A DNA stretch of 64,000 nt, taken from the NCBI GenBank assembly GCA_963555985.3, contig OY820591.1, positions 2,848,001 to 2,912,000 on the forward strand. Reading direction: 5' to 3'. The stretch comes from Dehalococcoidia bacterium. GTDB lineage: Bacteria > Chloroflexota > Dehalococcoidia > Bin125. A model generated the notes under the pieces. The model did no database searches. It was not told where the DNA came from and worked only from the letters and a program-made list of their open reading frames with translations. Made by a program: the position numbers and the translations under genes. The stretch's first letter is position 1; each line of letters starts with the position of its first letter. Below, in pieces: positions 8,799 through 17,247 of this stretch.

Positions 8799-11042
8799 AT
8801 GAACGCACTGATCAGGTCGATGCTGAGCCGAGCGAATCCGGCGCGAGTCGTCCGCCCGCGGGCGCTCTGGCTATTGCTGGCGGCTGCGTTGGTCGCGGCT
8901 GTGGGCGCGAGCGCTTGCGATCTGGTCGGCGACGACGAAGACGCTCAGCAGCAGGCGCAGCAACAACAAGCCGAGCCTGAAGCTGCGGCGGCGACCGCGC
9001 CGGCAACGACGGCGACAGCCGCTGCGCAAGCGGAGGCGGAAGAGCCGAGCGGACCCACGCCGCCGCCGGAATCGAGCGCGACCAGCGGCGCGGGCGCGGA
9101 CGCCTACCGGGTGATCTTCCCCAGCATGGCGCTGGTTGATGTCGGCAACGGCCAGACTCAACTGCCGGGTTACGCGCCGCTCTTGGTGACCGCTCTGGTC
9201 AGCGCGGACGGCTATGTGCTGACGGATCTGTCGGCGCTGGCGGGCGCGGCTGTGGCGGCGGTGATTCTCTCGGACGGGACGATGATTGCGGATGTGCCGC
9301 TGGCGGGCGCTGATCAGCTGACGGGGATCGCCTATCTGGGGCCGCTGGAGCGTGGGATTGTGGGCCGCTTGCCCGGAGCCGTGCTAGGCGACGGCGAACG
9401 CCTGCCGCCGGGTGCGCCGGTCTATGCGGTGGGCTTCACGCCCGAGAGCATGGCGGGCGACGCGCCGATCATCATTTCGGGCGTGTTCAGCGGCTTGCGC
9501 GAGTGGACGCCGGGTCAGCGCACGCTCTTGATGACCGACGCATCATTCGGTCAAGAGCAGCCGATGCTGGGTTCGGTGTTGGTGGATGCGAACGGAGTCG
9601 TGATCGGCTTCGGGACGGTTGACACGGGCTGGCGCGGTCACTACGTGTCGACCGGGGATCTGGCGCGGAGCTTGGCCCAGGCACCGCCGATGGGAGTGTC
9701 CGCCGCTGTCTGGCTGCCGGATCCGGCCTCAGCGGCGACTGAACATCTCGTAGTCGTGAGTACGCCGACGATGATGGGCGAGCTCGCGCTGGCCGACGAG
9801 GCAACGGGCGAGCCCTTGACGCTCTCGATTGGCGCGGATGTGGCGGGCGTACTCACGCTGATCGACGCCGAGGGCAAGATTTTGCAGCAGTCGAATCTCA
9901 CGGTGGGCGCGACGATCGTGACGCTGCGTCCGAATACGGTCGGTCCCTACCGCTTGACGCTCGCGCCTGCGCCGCCGGACGAGGCGATGATGGAGGAGGA
10001 GATGTCCGCCGAGCCCGAGGCGATGGCCGAGGACGGTGAGGCAATGGAGGAGGAAGCGGTTGCGGAGGAGTACGAGGCGATGCCCGATCCCGATCACACG
10101 ATGCCGCCGCCGCTGGAGGTGAGCTTCAGCGTGTCCTCCAACATCCCCCTGATGACGCTGATCGATCAGGACGATCTGCAAGCGCTGGTGGTGGGCGAGC
10201 CGCTGGTTGCGGGCGTGGACGCGCCCGGTGATCTGGATCGCTTCGAGCTGCCGGTGCTCGCGGGCGAGGTCTACGAGGTGCGGGCGCAGAGTCTGACCCT
10301 GGACATGGTCGTGAGCGCGATGGGCGCGGGCACTGACGGGTTCGACGACGACAGCGGGGGCGGCTACAGCGGGAGCGATGCGCTGCTGATGCTCGCGCCG
10401 GCTGAGGACGGAATCATCGAGCTCTTCGTGAGCGATTTCGGCGGCTGGACGACGGGCGCATACGTGCTCACGGTGACGCGCACGGTCAGCGTCGAAGGTT
10501 CCGGCGCGGCCGCGGCGATGGAAGCGGAAGACGGCGACGAAGGCCGGTCGGCGGTGATGATGATCAAGCCCGCTGCTCTGCCCACGCCAACGGCCGATCT
10601 GAGCTTGCGCGGCGTGATCAGCGAAGACGGCCTCGTCCCGACCTTGCAAGGCATCGGCAGCGCGATCGACGAGAACGGCGCGCTGATCGTCGCCGACGAG
10701 GACGGCTTCTTCGAGATCGTCGCTTCGATCATCGGCCCGGACTACAGCACTGCGCGGCTCTTCGTGATGGATGCCGACGGGGAGATCGTGATCTCCGGTC
10801 GGGTAGTGGCGAACTGCGCTACGCCTGAGCCGTGTCTCGCCAGCGCGGTCTACATCGCCGGCGAAGGCGCGCAGCCAACCCCCGGCATGTGGCGAGTGCT
10901 GCTCCAGCCTGAAGGCGCCGGCTCCGGCATCACCGAGTGGCAGATCGAAATCCATCTCTACGCCGACGCTCCCGCCGCCGAAGCGGAAGCCGAAGAGCCG
11001 ATGGAGGCGGAAGAGAACAGCGAGATGTCTGAGCAGGAATAG
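8799..11042 (+). CDS. Large acidic lipoprotein with a degenerate trypsin-like domain and PPC-like beta domains
   Basis: Signal peptide with ASA-C lipobox; GYVLT / D..TGIAYL / LGD / V.AVGF / TDA / LVDANGVVIG trypsin-2 scaffold; D.DRF...GEVYEV...DDDSGGG..DA PPC-like segment. Confidence 0.75.
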   Translation: MNALIRSMLSRANPARVVRPRALWLLLAAALVAAVGASACDLVGDDEDAQQQAQQQQAEPEAAAATAPATTATAAAQAEAEEPSGPTPPPESSATSGAGADAYRVIFPSMALVDVGNGQTQLPGYAPLLVTALVSADGYVLTDLSALAGAAVAAVILSDGTMIADVPLAGADQLTGIAYLGPLERGIVGRLPGAVLGDGERLPPGAPVYAVGFTPESMAGDAPIIISGVFSGLREWTPGQRTLLMTDASFGQEQPMLGSVLVDANGVVIGFGTVDTGWRGHYVSTGDLARSLAQAPPMGVSAAVWLPDPASAATEHLVVVSTPTMMGELALADEATGEPLTLSIGADVAGVLTLIDAEGKILQQSNLTVGATIVTLRPNTVGPYRLTLAPAPPDEAMMEEEMSAEPEAMAEDGEAMEEEAVAEEYEAMPDPDHTMPPPLEVSFSVSSNIPLMTLIDQDDLQALVVGEPLVAGVDAPGDLDRFELPVLAGEVYEVRAQSLTLDMVVSAMGAGTDGFDDDSGGGYSGSDALLMLAPAEDGIIELFVSDFGGWTTGAYVLTVTRTVSVEGSGAAAAMEAEDGDEGRSAVMMIKPAALPTPTADLSLRGVISEDGLVPTLQGIGSAIDENGALIVADEDGFFEIVASIIGPDYSTARLFVMDADGEIVISGRVVANCATPEPCLASAVYIAGEGAQPTPGMWRVLLQPEGAGSGITEWQIEIHLYADAPAAEAEAEEPMEAEENSEMSEQE

Positions 11043-11158
11043 CGCAGGCTGCTGAGGATGAGGGGTCTGGCGATCCGGCCGGGCCCCTCGCTTCCTCCGG
11101 AGACCTGCGCGCCCCTTCTCCGTCCCCCGTTCAAGCCAGGGGCAGGGCGGGCGGCCAG

Positions 11159-11353
11159 CCATTGCCGCACTTCGTCGCGTAAATCAAAGATCGTCATACC
11201 CGCGCTTGTCGCGGGTATCTCGCTGTGATCTGCACCGTTGTCGCTCCCACGGCGAACTGGCCGCGTCGGAGCGCGGCAATGATAGAGAACATCGACGTTC
11301 GCAAAGCTCTCCCTTCGCGGGGACAGGCTCCGCGGCAAGCGCGGGTATGACGG
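11159..11353. repeat. Composite REP cluster with remnant MITE right end
   Basis: REP-A copies at 11192-11222 and about 11330-11352; spacer GATCTGCACCGTTGTCGCTC shared with about 50665; TTCGCAAAGCTCTCC TIR remnant at 11298-11312. Confidence 0.85.
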
Positions 11354-11605
11354 TTGTGCATTGGTCTCCTCTGGAGGAGCGGTTGCGCAGCGACAGAGAG
11401 GAAGATCCGGCCCGATCACCAGACTGTTACCCCAGCAACACCTTGCCCATCCCGGACCCTCTACCGAACCTTCGTGCGTATATGATCGACCGCACCCAAA
11501 CCTCCCGCCCGCAACTCATAGAACCCGCCGTGACTGTCAGCACTCACCTAGACACTCTCAGACAAACTCGGATTCACACCACCATTTCCGCTCAGAACAC
11601 CCCAA

Positions 11606-11645
11606 AATCTAGCCGGATCTAGCCGAATCTGGACAAATCCGGACT
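11606..11645 (+). repeat. 10-bp tandem array
   Basis: AATCTAGCCG GATCTAGCCG AATCTGGACA AATCCGGACT. Confidence 0.75.
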
Positions 11646-11790
11646 ACCTGCCGCCGAATTTTCCGCCTGCGACCGCAAATTCGCCGCGCCCGTCCAGAAA
11701 TTCCCTCGCCCGCGCAGGAGTGACGAAAAGGGAGACCCGAGACTGCTGAGCTGGCGGCGGGATGTGGGCGGCGGCCTCGGAGGACATCAC

Positions 11791-14022
11791 TCAGTCCAGT
11801 TCGGCGAGGGTTGAGGCGGCGCCGGAACGTTGCCGGGCAGGGCGGGCGAGCAGCTGCATCAGCGACGTCAGCCCGCCTACCGCCGGCACCTCCGGGTCAA
11901 TCGTCAGGTTGGGCAGCAGGCGGTCGAGCAGGGGCGGCAGATACCAGTTGGCGTTGCCCGCGATTTGCATGAAGGCGGGCACCAGCACCAGCCGCACCAC
12001 AGTGGCGTCGATGAAGATCGCAAAGGCCATGCCCACGCCGAACTCTTTGATCGCGCGCTCGTCGCCGAAGACGGCGAAGCTGGCGAAGACCGCGATCAGG
12101 ATCGCGGCGGCGGCGGTGATCACGCGCGCGCTCGCGCCGATCCCGTAGGCGACCGACTCACCCGGGTCGCGTGTGGCGAGCCAGCGTTCGCGCACGCGGC
12201 TGAGTAGGAAGACCTCATAGTCCATCGAGAGGCCGAAGAGGATCGCGAACATGAAGAGCGGCAGGAAGGACTCGATCGGCCCGGTGCGATCGAGTCCGAA
12301 GAGCGAGAGTCCCCAGCCCCACTGGAAGATCGCGACGATGAAACCGAGCGCGGCCCCGATCGCGAGCATGTTCAGCAGCGCCGCCTTGAGCGGTACCACG
12401 ATCGAGCGGAAGGCCATCATCAGCAGCAGGATCGACAAACCAATCACGATCACGAAGAAGTAGGGCAGCCGCCCGACCATCTTGCTGGTGATGTCTTCAA
12501 AGGCGGCGGTCGAGCCGGTGAGATAGACGCCGACCCCCGCTTCGGCCCCGGCCAGCGCCACGGGCGCGCCGCTGGCCCGGATCTCGGTGACCAGCTGGCG
12601 AGTCGCCCGATCCTGCGGCGCGGTTGTGGGAATGACCGCGAGTACGGCGGTGTCGCGGGCGGCGTTGAGCTCGGGCGGACTGACGAAGGCAACGCCGTCA
12701 ACCTGTGAGAGCGCCCGGCGCACCTGTTGCAGCCGCGTCTCGCTCAGTTGTCCGCTGGGGTGATCAACCACGGCGAGTAAGGTGCCGTTGACGCCGGGCC
12801 CGAACGACTCCGCGATCAGGTCGTAGGCGCGGCGCGAACTGTACTCCTCGGAGCGGTTGCCGTCGTCGGAGACGCCCAATTGCAGGCCGAGCACAGGCGA
12901 AGCGCAGACCAGCAACAAGGCGGTGGCGGCGATCAGCCAGAGCCAGGAGCGACGCTCGATCCGGCGCGAGAAGCGGTACCAGCGCCCGCGACCGCCGCCG
13001 GCCGTGTAGCGCAGACCGGGAATCGAGAGCACATCGATCCGTCGCCCCATAATCCGCAGCAGCGCCGGCAGCAGCGAGATCGCGACCAACATCTCGATGA
13101 AGACCACTACTGCGGCTGAGGCGCCGAGATTGGCGATCAGCGGAATGTCGATTGCAAACAGGCCGACCAGAGCGACGACCACAATCGAACCGGCAAACGC
13201 GACCGCGCGCCCGGCGGTGGAGACGGCGATCTGCACCGCCTGCTCAACATTGGAGCCTCGCGCCAACTGCTCGCGGTAGCGCGAGATCACGAACAGCGCA
13301 TAGTCGATCCCTACGCCGATCCCCAGCATCGCGCCGAACTGGGGCGCGAACGTGGTGATGTCAATCACACCAGCGATGAGGAAGATGATGATCGTCCCCA
13401 GCGCCAACCCGACCAGTGCCGTGATGATCGGGATGCCGGCGGCGAAGATCGAGCCGAAACCCACGATCAGGATCACTAGCGCGGCGGCGACGCCCACGAC
13501 TTCGGCCAGGCCCGCTTCTTCGGTTTCGTACTCGCGCGCCGGCTCGCCCCCGAACTCCACCTGGAGCCGGTCGCTGCGGAACTCTGCGCCGATCGCGAAC
13601 ACCGCGCCGACGTTCTCGCGCTCGATCTCGTTGGAGAGTTCCGCATAGCTCACGCGCACGATCGCCGTGCGGCCGTCGGCGGAGATGTCGCCGGGCGACT
13701 GAAAGGGATCGCTGACATGGACGACTTCGTCGACCCGAGCCGCCTCTCGTCGGAAGCTCGCCATCGCTGCGGCGACCTCGGGAGCGTCAATCCGCCCCCG
13801 CTCGGTGTGGAAGACCGCGCGCAGTTCGCTGCCCGACTGGGCCGGAAAACGTTCAACCAGCAGGTCGTAAGCGCGCTGCGATTCAGTCGCGGGAACGTTG
13901 AAGGTGTCGGTGAAATCTCCGCCGAAGCGGCTGACGAGCAACACGCCTAAGACGATCAGCGCCGCCCAGCCGAGCAGTACCCGCCCCGGCCGGCGCGCGA
14001 CAAACCGTGCCCAACGCTCCAT
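11791..14022 (-). CDS. MMPL family (RND) transporter
   Basis: Two halves with GVGIDYALF..SRYRE, TAGRAVAFAG, FGLSMDYEVFLLSRVRE and DATVVRLVLVPA motifs. Confidence 0.94.
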   Translation of the reverse strand: MERWARFVARRPGRVLLGWAALIVLGVLLVSRFGGDFTDTFNVPATESQRAYDLLVERFPAQSGSELRAVFHTERGRIDAPEVAAAMASFRREAARVDEVVHVSDPFQSPGDISADGRTAIVRVSYAELSNEIERENVGAVFAIGAEFRSDRLQVEFGGEPAREYETEEAGLAEVVGVAAALVILIVGFGSIFAAGIPIITALVGLALGTIIIFLIAGVIDITTFAPQFGAMLGIGVGIDYALFVISRYREQLARGSNVEQAVQIAVSTAGRAVAFAGSIVVVALVGLFAIDIPLIANLGASAAVVVFIEMLVAISLLPALLRIMGRRIDVLSIPGLRYTAGGGRGRWYRFSRRIERRSWLWLIAATALLLVCASPVLGLQLGVSDDGNRSEEYSSRRAYDLIAESFGPGVNGTLLAVVDHPSGQLSETRLQQVRRALSQVDGVAFVSPPELNAARDTAVLAVIPTTAPQDRATRQLVTEIRASGAPVALAGAEAGVGVYLTGSTAAFEDITSKMVGRLPYFFVIVIGLSILLLMMAFRSIVVPLKAALLNMLAIGAALGFIVAIFQWGWGLSLFGLDRTGPIESFLPLFMFAILFGLSMDYEVFLLSRVRERWLATRDPGESVAYGIGASARVITAAAAILIAVFASFAVFGDERAIKEFGVGMAFAIFIDATVVRLVLVPAFMQIAGNANWYLPPLLDRLLPNLTIDPEVPAVGGLTSLMQLLARPARQRSGAASTLAELD

Positions 14023-14087
14023 CAGCGCCAGTCCGCTCGCATCCGCCGCCCCGCCCGCGCTGAGGCTGTGCTGAATTTGAGCCTAGC

Positions 14088-14522
14088 TCAGAGGATCGAA
14101 TCAATCGACGCCGGCCCGGCCCCCATCAGGATCAGCGCGATGCAGGCGAAGACCATGAGCACATCCAGCTCATAGCCCTGCTTGTCGGAGCTGCCCTGGA
14201 AGGGGAGGCCTTCTTTGAATTTGTTGACGTAGGTGGCGACCATCATGTTGATCGCGAGCGGAATCGCGATCCAGGGCACGAGCAGGCCGGCCAGCAGGAG
14301 CAGCCCGCCCACGAGTTCGACCGAAGCCACGCCCGGTCCGGCGAGCTTGGGGAAGGGCACGCCCAGCGATTCGAGCCAACCCGAGAACCCGCCGATCCCG
14401 CGCCGGAATTTGCCCAGGCCGGCATCAATGAAGATGACGCCGAGCACAATTCGCAGAGGGATCGGGGCCCACTCCAACACTTCTGAGCCAAAGGGGGCGG
14501 AGAGCCAATCGCCAACGTCCAT
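14088..14522 (-). CDS. DoxX family membrane protein
   Basis: LRIVLG..F...G..K, ELVGGLLLLAGL and GYE...GAGPASID motifs. Confidence 0.9.
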   Translation of the reverse strand: MDVGDWLSAPFGSEVLEWAPIPLRIVLGVIFIDAGLGKFRRGIGGFSGWLESLGVPFPKLAGPGVASVELVGGLLLLAGLLVPWIAIPLAINMMVATYVNKFKEGLPFQGSSDKQGYELDVLMVFACIALILMGAGPASIDSIL

Positions 14523-14593
14523 GCCGGGCTCGCTTTCTTGCTGGTCAAGGGTTCATTGGCGGGCAAGGTAGCGGACGTGGAGGTCTGTGATGT

Positions 14594-14628
14594 TCCTGCG
14601 CTCCGCTGCGGCAAGCGCGGGTACGACG
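14594..14628. repeat. Degenerate REP-A copy
   Basis: CGGCAAGCGCGGGTACGACG matches the CGGCAAGCGCGGGTATGACG copy near 11335-11352. Confidence 0.6.
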
Positions 14629-14710
14629 CGAATGGGGATGGGGAGAGATGCACAGCGTGGGGTACGATCCTCTATAGACAGGCAATCTTGGTCAGGAAGG
14701 GGCTTGGTTC

Positions 14711-15403
14711 ATGGGTAAGTTTGCCGATGCGATTCGGGACCGGCGCAAGAGCGGCCAGCGGCGGTTGGGGTTTGGCGCGGCTGCGGACGAAAAAGAGCCT
14801 TCGATCCTGGTCGGTTCGGTGGGAGCGGTCGAGGGGGCCGACTTTTTCGTACTGTTCGAGGGGGAAGAAGCCGCGGTTGAGACCAAGGAGGAGCAGCTCT
14901 GGGGTATGCGTATCGCCGCCGCGACGCTCGACCGAGTGACTGAGGCGCGCGAAGCGGGAGCGGCGTTTGTAACGATCTGGCTGGAACACTCGCGAGCAGA
15001 GGCGCTGCTCGATGAGCAGATGGACTATGTGATTCGAGTTCCGCAGACTCGGCTCGAGGATTCCGATGCGCGCGCTCTGGCCGGCTTGCGTCCAACAGTG
15101 GTTTCGCCAAACGTGGAGTTCCCGCTGCGGATGAGAGGTCTGCTCGAACTGCGGCGGCTGGGGCAGCTGACCGGCGCGGCATTGGGAATCACTGTGCCGG
15201 CCGATATCTCGGAGCGGGATCTGGAGTTGTTGCGGAACACGGGCGTAGTGGCGGTCGTGATTGAGCAGGCGGACGCCGAGGAGATCGCGGCGGTGAAGGA
15301 GCGCGTAGCTGGCCTGCCCGAGCTCAAAGTGCGGCGCGATGAGGATATCCAGCCGCTGCTGCCCACGCCGTCCGCAGGAGGTGGCGAGGACCATGGGGCC
15401 TAA
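14711..15403 (+). CDS. Hypothetical protein, possibly a TIM-barrel-like alpha/beta fold
   Basis: 230 aa ORF with AGGAAGGGG RBS and genome-typical codon use; no recognisable catalytic motif. Confidence 0.7.
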   Translation: MGKFADAIRDRRKSGQRRLGFGAAADEKEPSILVGSVGAVEGADFFVLFEGEEAAVETKEEQLWGMRIAAATLDRVTEAREAGAAFVTIWLEHSRAEALLDEQMDYVIRVPQTRLEDSDARALAGLRPTVVSPNVEFPLRMRGLLELRRLGQLTGAALGITVPADISERDLELLRNTGVVAVVIEQADAEEIAAVKERVAGLPELKVRRDEDIQPLLPTPSAGGGEDHGA

Positions 15404-15421
15404 CGGCGCGTCGATAGGGCG

Positions 15422-16027
15422 TTAGTCGCGGAAGGGCGTGCGGTTCTGGGGTTCGAGGCTGCTGCGCGAATTGCCGGTGGCGAGGCGGAGGAAGTAGACC
15501 ATCCCACCGGCGGCGACGATGCCGATCAAGATCGCGACCGTCCAGAGCACGAGCGACTGGCTCGACTTGGTTTCGACGACTTCGACGCCGCCTTCGGGCG
15601 GGACGAAGTTGTGATCGACGGTGAAGCTGTAATCGCCGCTGATTGGTCTGAGATCGCCCTGAGCGTCTTCGTAGAGGACGCGGTAGCGGACGTGGAGCGC
15701 GCCGTCGTGCTCGACGTGGAGCGGGACGATCAGGGTGCGCGCGCTGTAGGTGCTGATGTTGGCGTAGCCGTCGTCGACGCGGTTGCCGTCGACGTCGGTG
15801 ACTTCGACGTGGTGCGCGTTCTTGAGCAGGGCGAGCGGTTGATCAAAGGTGAGCACGAGTTGGTGGGGCGCTTCGCTCACGGTGACGCCTTCGTGCGGTT
15901 CGGCCTGGATCAGGCCGGTGGCGCGGGCGGGAGCGGTTGCGACCCAGACAGCAAGCAGGACGGTTGCGGTTGCGAGCAGGAGCGCCCAGAGGAATCGCGA
16001 GCGCGGGAGCAGTCGTGCGTGGGTCAT
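15422..16027 (-). CDS. CopC-like domain membrane protein
   Basis: Signal peptide; P..G..V..AP....LTF..P, V...DGNRVD, V.YRV and GDYSFTV CopC scaffold; C-terminal TM helix; GGAGG RBS. Confidence 0.78.
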   Translation of the reverse strand: MTHARLLPRSRFLWALLLATATVLLAVWVATAPARATGLIQAEPHEGVTVSEAPHQLVLTFDQPLALLKNAHHVEVTDVDGNRVDDGYANISTYSARTLIVPLHVEHDGALHVRYRVLYEDAQGDLRPISGDYSFTVDHNFVPPEGGVEVVETKSSQSLVLWTVAILIGIVAAGGMVYFLRLATGNSRSSLEPQNRTPFRD

Positions 16028-16098
16028 GCTGTGGCCTCCGCGCTTGATCCTACGTAGGCGCGGGTTCGCAGACAAGCTGGAGGCGCGGGATTGGATGC

Positions 16099-17241
16099 TT
16101 AGCCGACTGTGATGCGCGGGACACGCGGGCCGATCCCGGTGCAGATTTCGTAGGGAATTGCGCCCGTCCAGTCGGACATCTCCCAAGCGCTGAGCTCGGC
16201 TTCGCCGTCGACTCCGATCAGGGTGACGGCATCTCCGACTTGGGCGTCGGGGATGTGGGTGAGGTCGATCATGGCGCAGTCCATGCAGATTGCTCCGAGG
16301 TAGGGGGCGCGGCTTCCGCGTATCAGAGTTGCGCCGGGTCCGCTGACGCTGCGGCGGAGGCCGTCGGCGTAGCCTGCTCCGATCACGCCGATGCGGGCAT
16401 CGTGTGGGGCTGTCCAGAGACCTCCGTAGGAGACGGATTCGCCCGCCTTAAGGTCGCGGATTGCGAGCAGGCGCGCTTTCCAGCTCAGCACCGGTTTGAG
16501 TTCGGACTCGTTGCTGCGGAAGGGGTCAATGCCGTAGAGGGCGAGGCCAGGGCGGACGAGTTCGAGCGCCGTTTGCGGAAAGCGAAGCAGGGCCGCGCTC
16601 GCGGCGGCGTGTCGGATCGGCGCGCCAATTGCGTTGGCGGTCTGCATGAAGGCGTGAAAGGCGTTGAGAGTGTGGCTCTCGTCCCCGGTGCCGGCGTTGG
16701 GGAAGTGGGTCATTGTCCCTTCGAGGTACAGGTTCGGGCAGCGGCTGACGACTTCGGCGAGTTTGAGCGCGTCGGTGTGAGAGAGGCCGAAGCGCTGCAT
16801 TCCCGCATCGAGGTTGAGGTGGATGGGGAGCGTAGCTTCGTCTGCGCGGGCAGCGGTATTGAGAGCTTGGGCGGTTTCGGGGGTATCGACGACGGCGGTG
16901 AGTCGGGAGCGGGCGATGTCGGGGGCGTCTTCGGGCAGGATCGGCCCGAGCACGAGGATGGAGCTGTCGATTCCGTGTTCGCGCAGGTGGATCGCTTCGG
17001 GGAGGGAGAAGACAGCGCAGAGCGGCGCGCCGGCCTCGAGGGCGGCTTGGGCGACGGTTGGCGCGCCATGCCCGTAGCCGTCGGCTTTGACTACGGCGGC
17101 GAGTTGCGCGGTTCCGGCTCGGCGTTGCAGCGTTCGCACGTTATGAGCGAGCGCGTGGAGGTCGATTTCGGCCCAGGAGTTGGCGCTGGTGGGGATCGTG
17201 CGCGGCGGGATACACTTGCCGCGGGTGACTGTGTTTACCAT
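16099..17241 (-). CDS. alr: Alanine racemase
   Basis: WAEIDL.AL.HN, AVVKADGYGHG (PLP lysine), VSYG, GYADG, CMD and IPYEI motifs; start uncertain. Confidence 0.95.
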   Translation of the reverse strand: MVNTVTRGKCIPPRTIPTSANSWAEIDLHALAHNVRTLQRRAGTAQLAAVVKADGYGHGAPTVAQAALEAGAPLCAVFSLPEAIHLREHGIDSSILVLGPILPEDAPDIARSRLTAVVDTPETAQALNTAARADEATLPIHLNLDAGMQRFGLSHTDALKLAEVVSRCPNLYLEGTMTHFPNAGTGDESHTLNAFHAFMQTANAIGAPIRHAAASAALLRFPQTALELVRPGLALYGIDPFRSNESELKPVLSWKARLLAIRDLKAGESVSYGGLWTAPHDARIGVIGAGYADGLRRSVSGPGATLIRGSRAPYLGAICMDCAMIDLTHIPDAQVGDAVTLIGVDGEAELSAWEMSDWTGAIPYEICTGIGPRVPRITVG

Positions 17242-17247
17242 CTAGCC

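Noticed and set aside
16240-17247. N-terminal third of the 1122-aa ORF
   Set aside because: Antisense shadow of alr; the lipoprotein signal begins near 17248.
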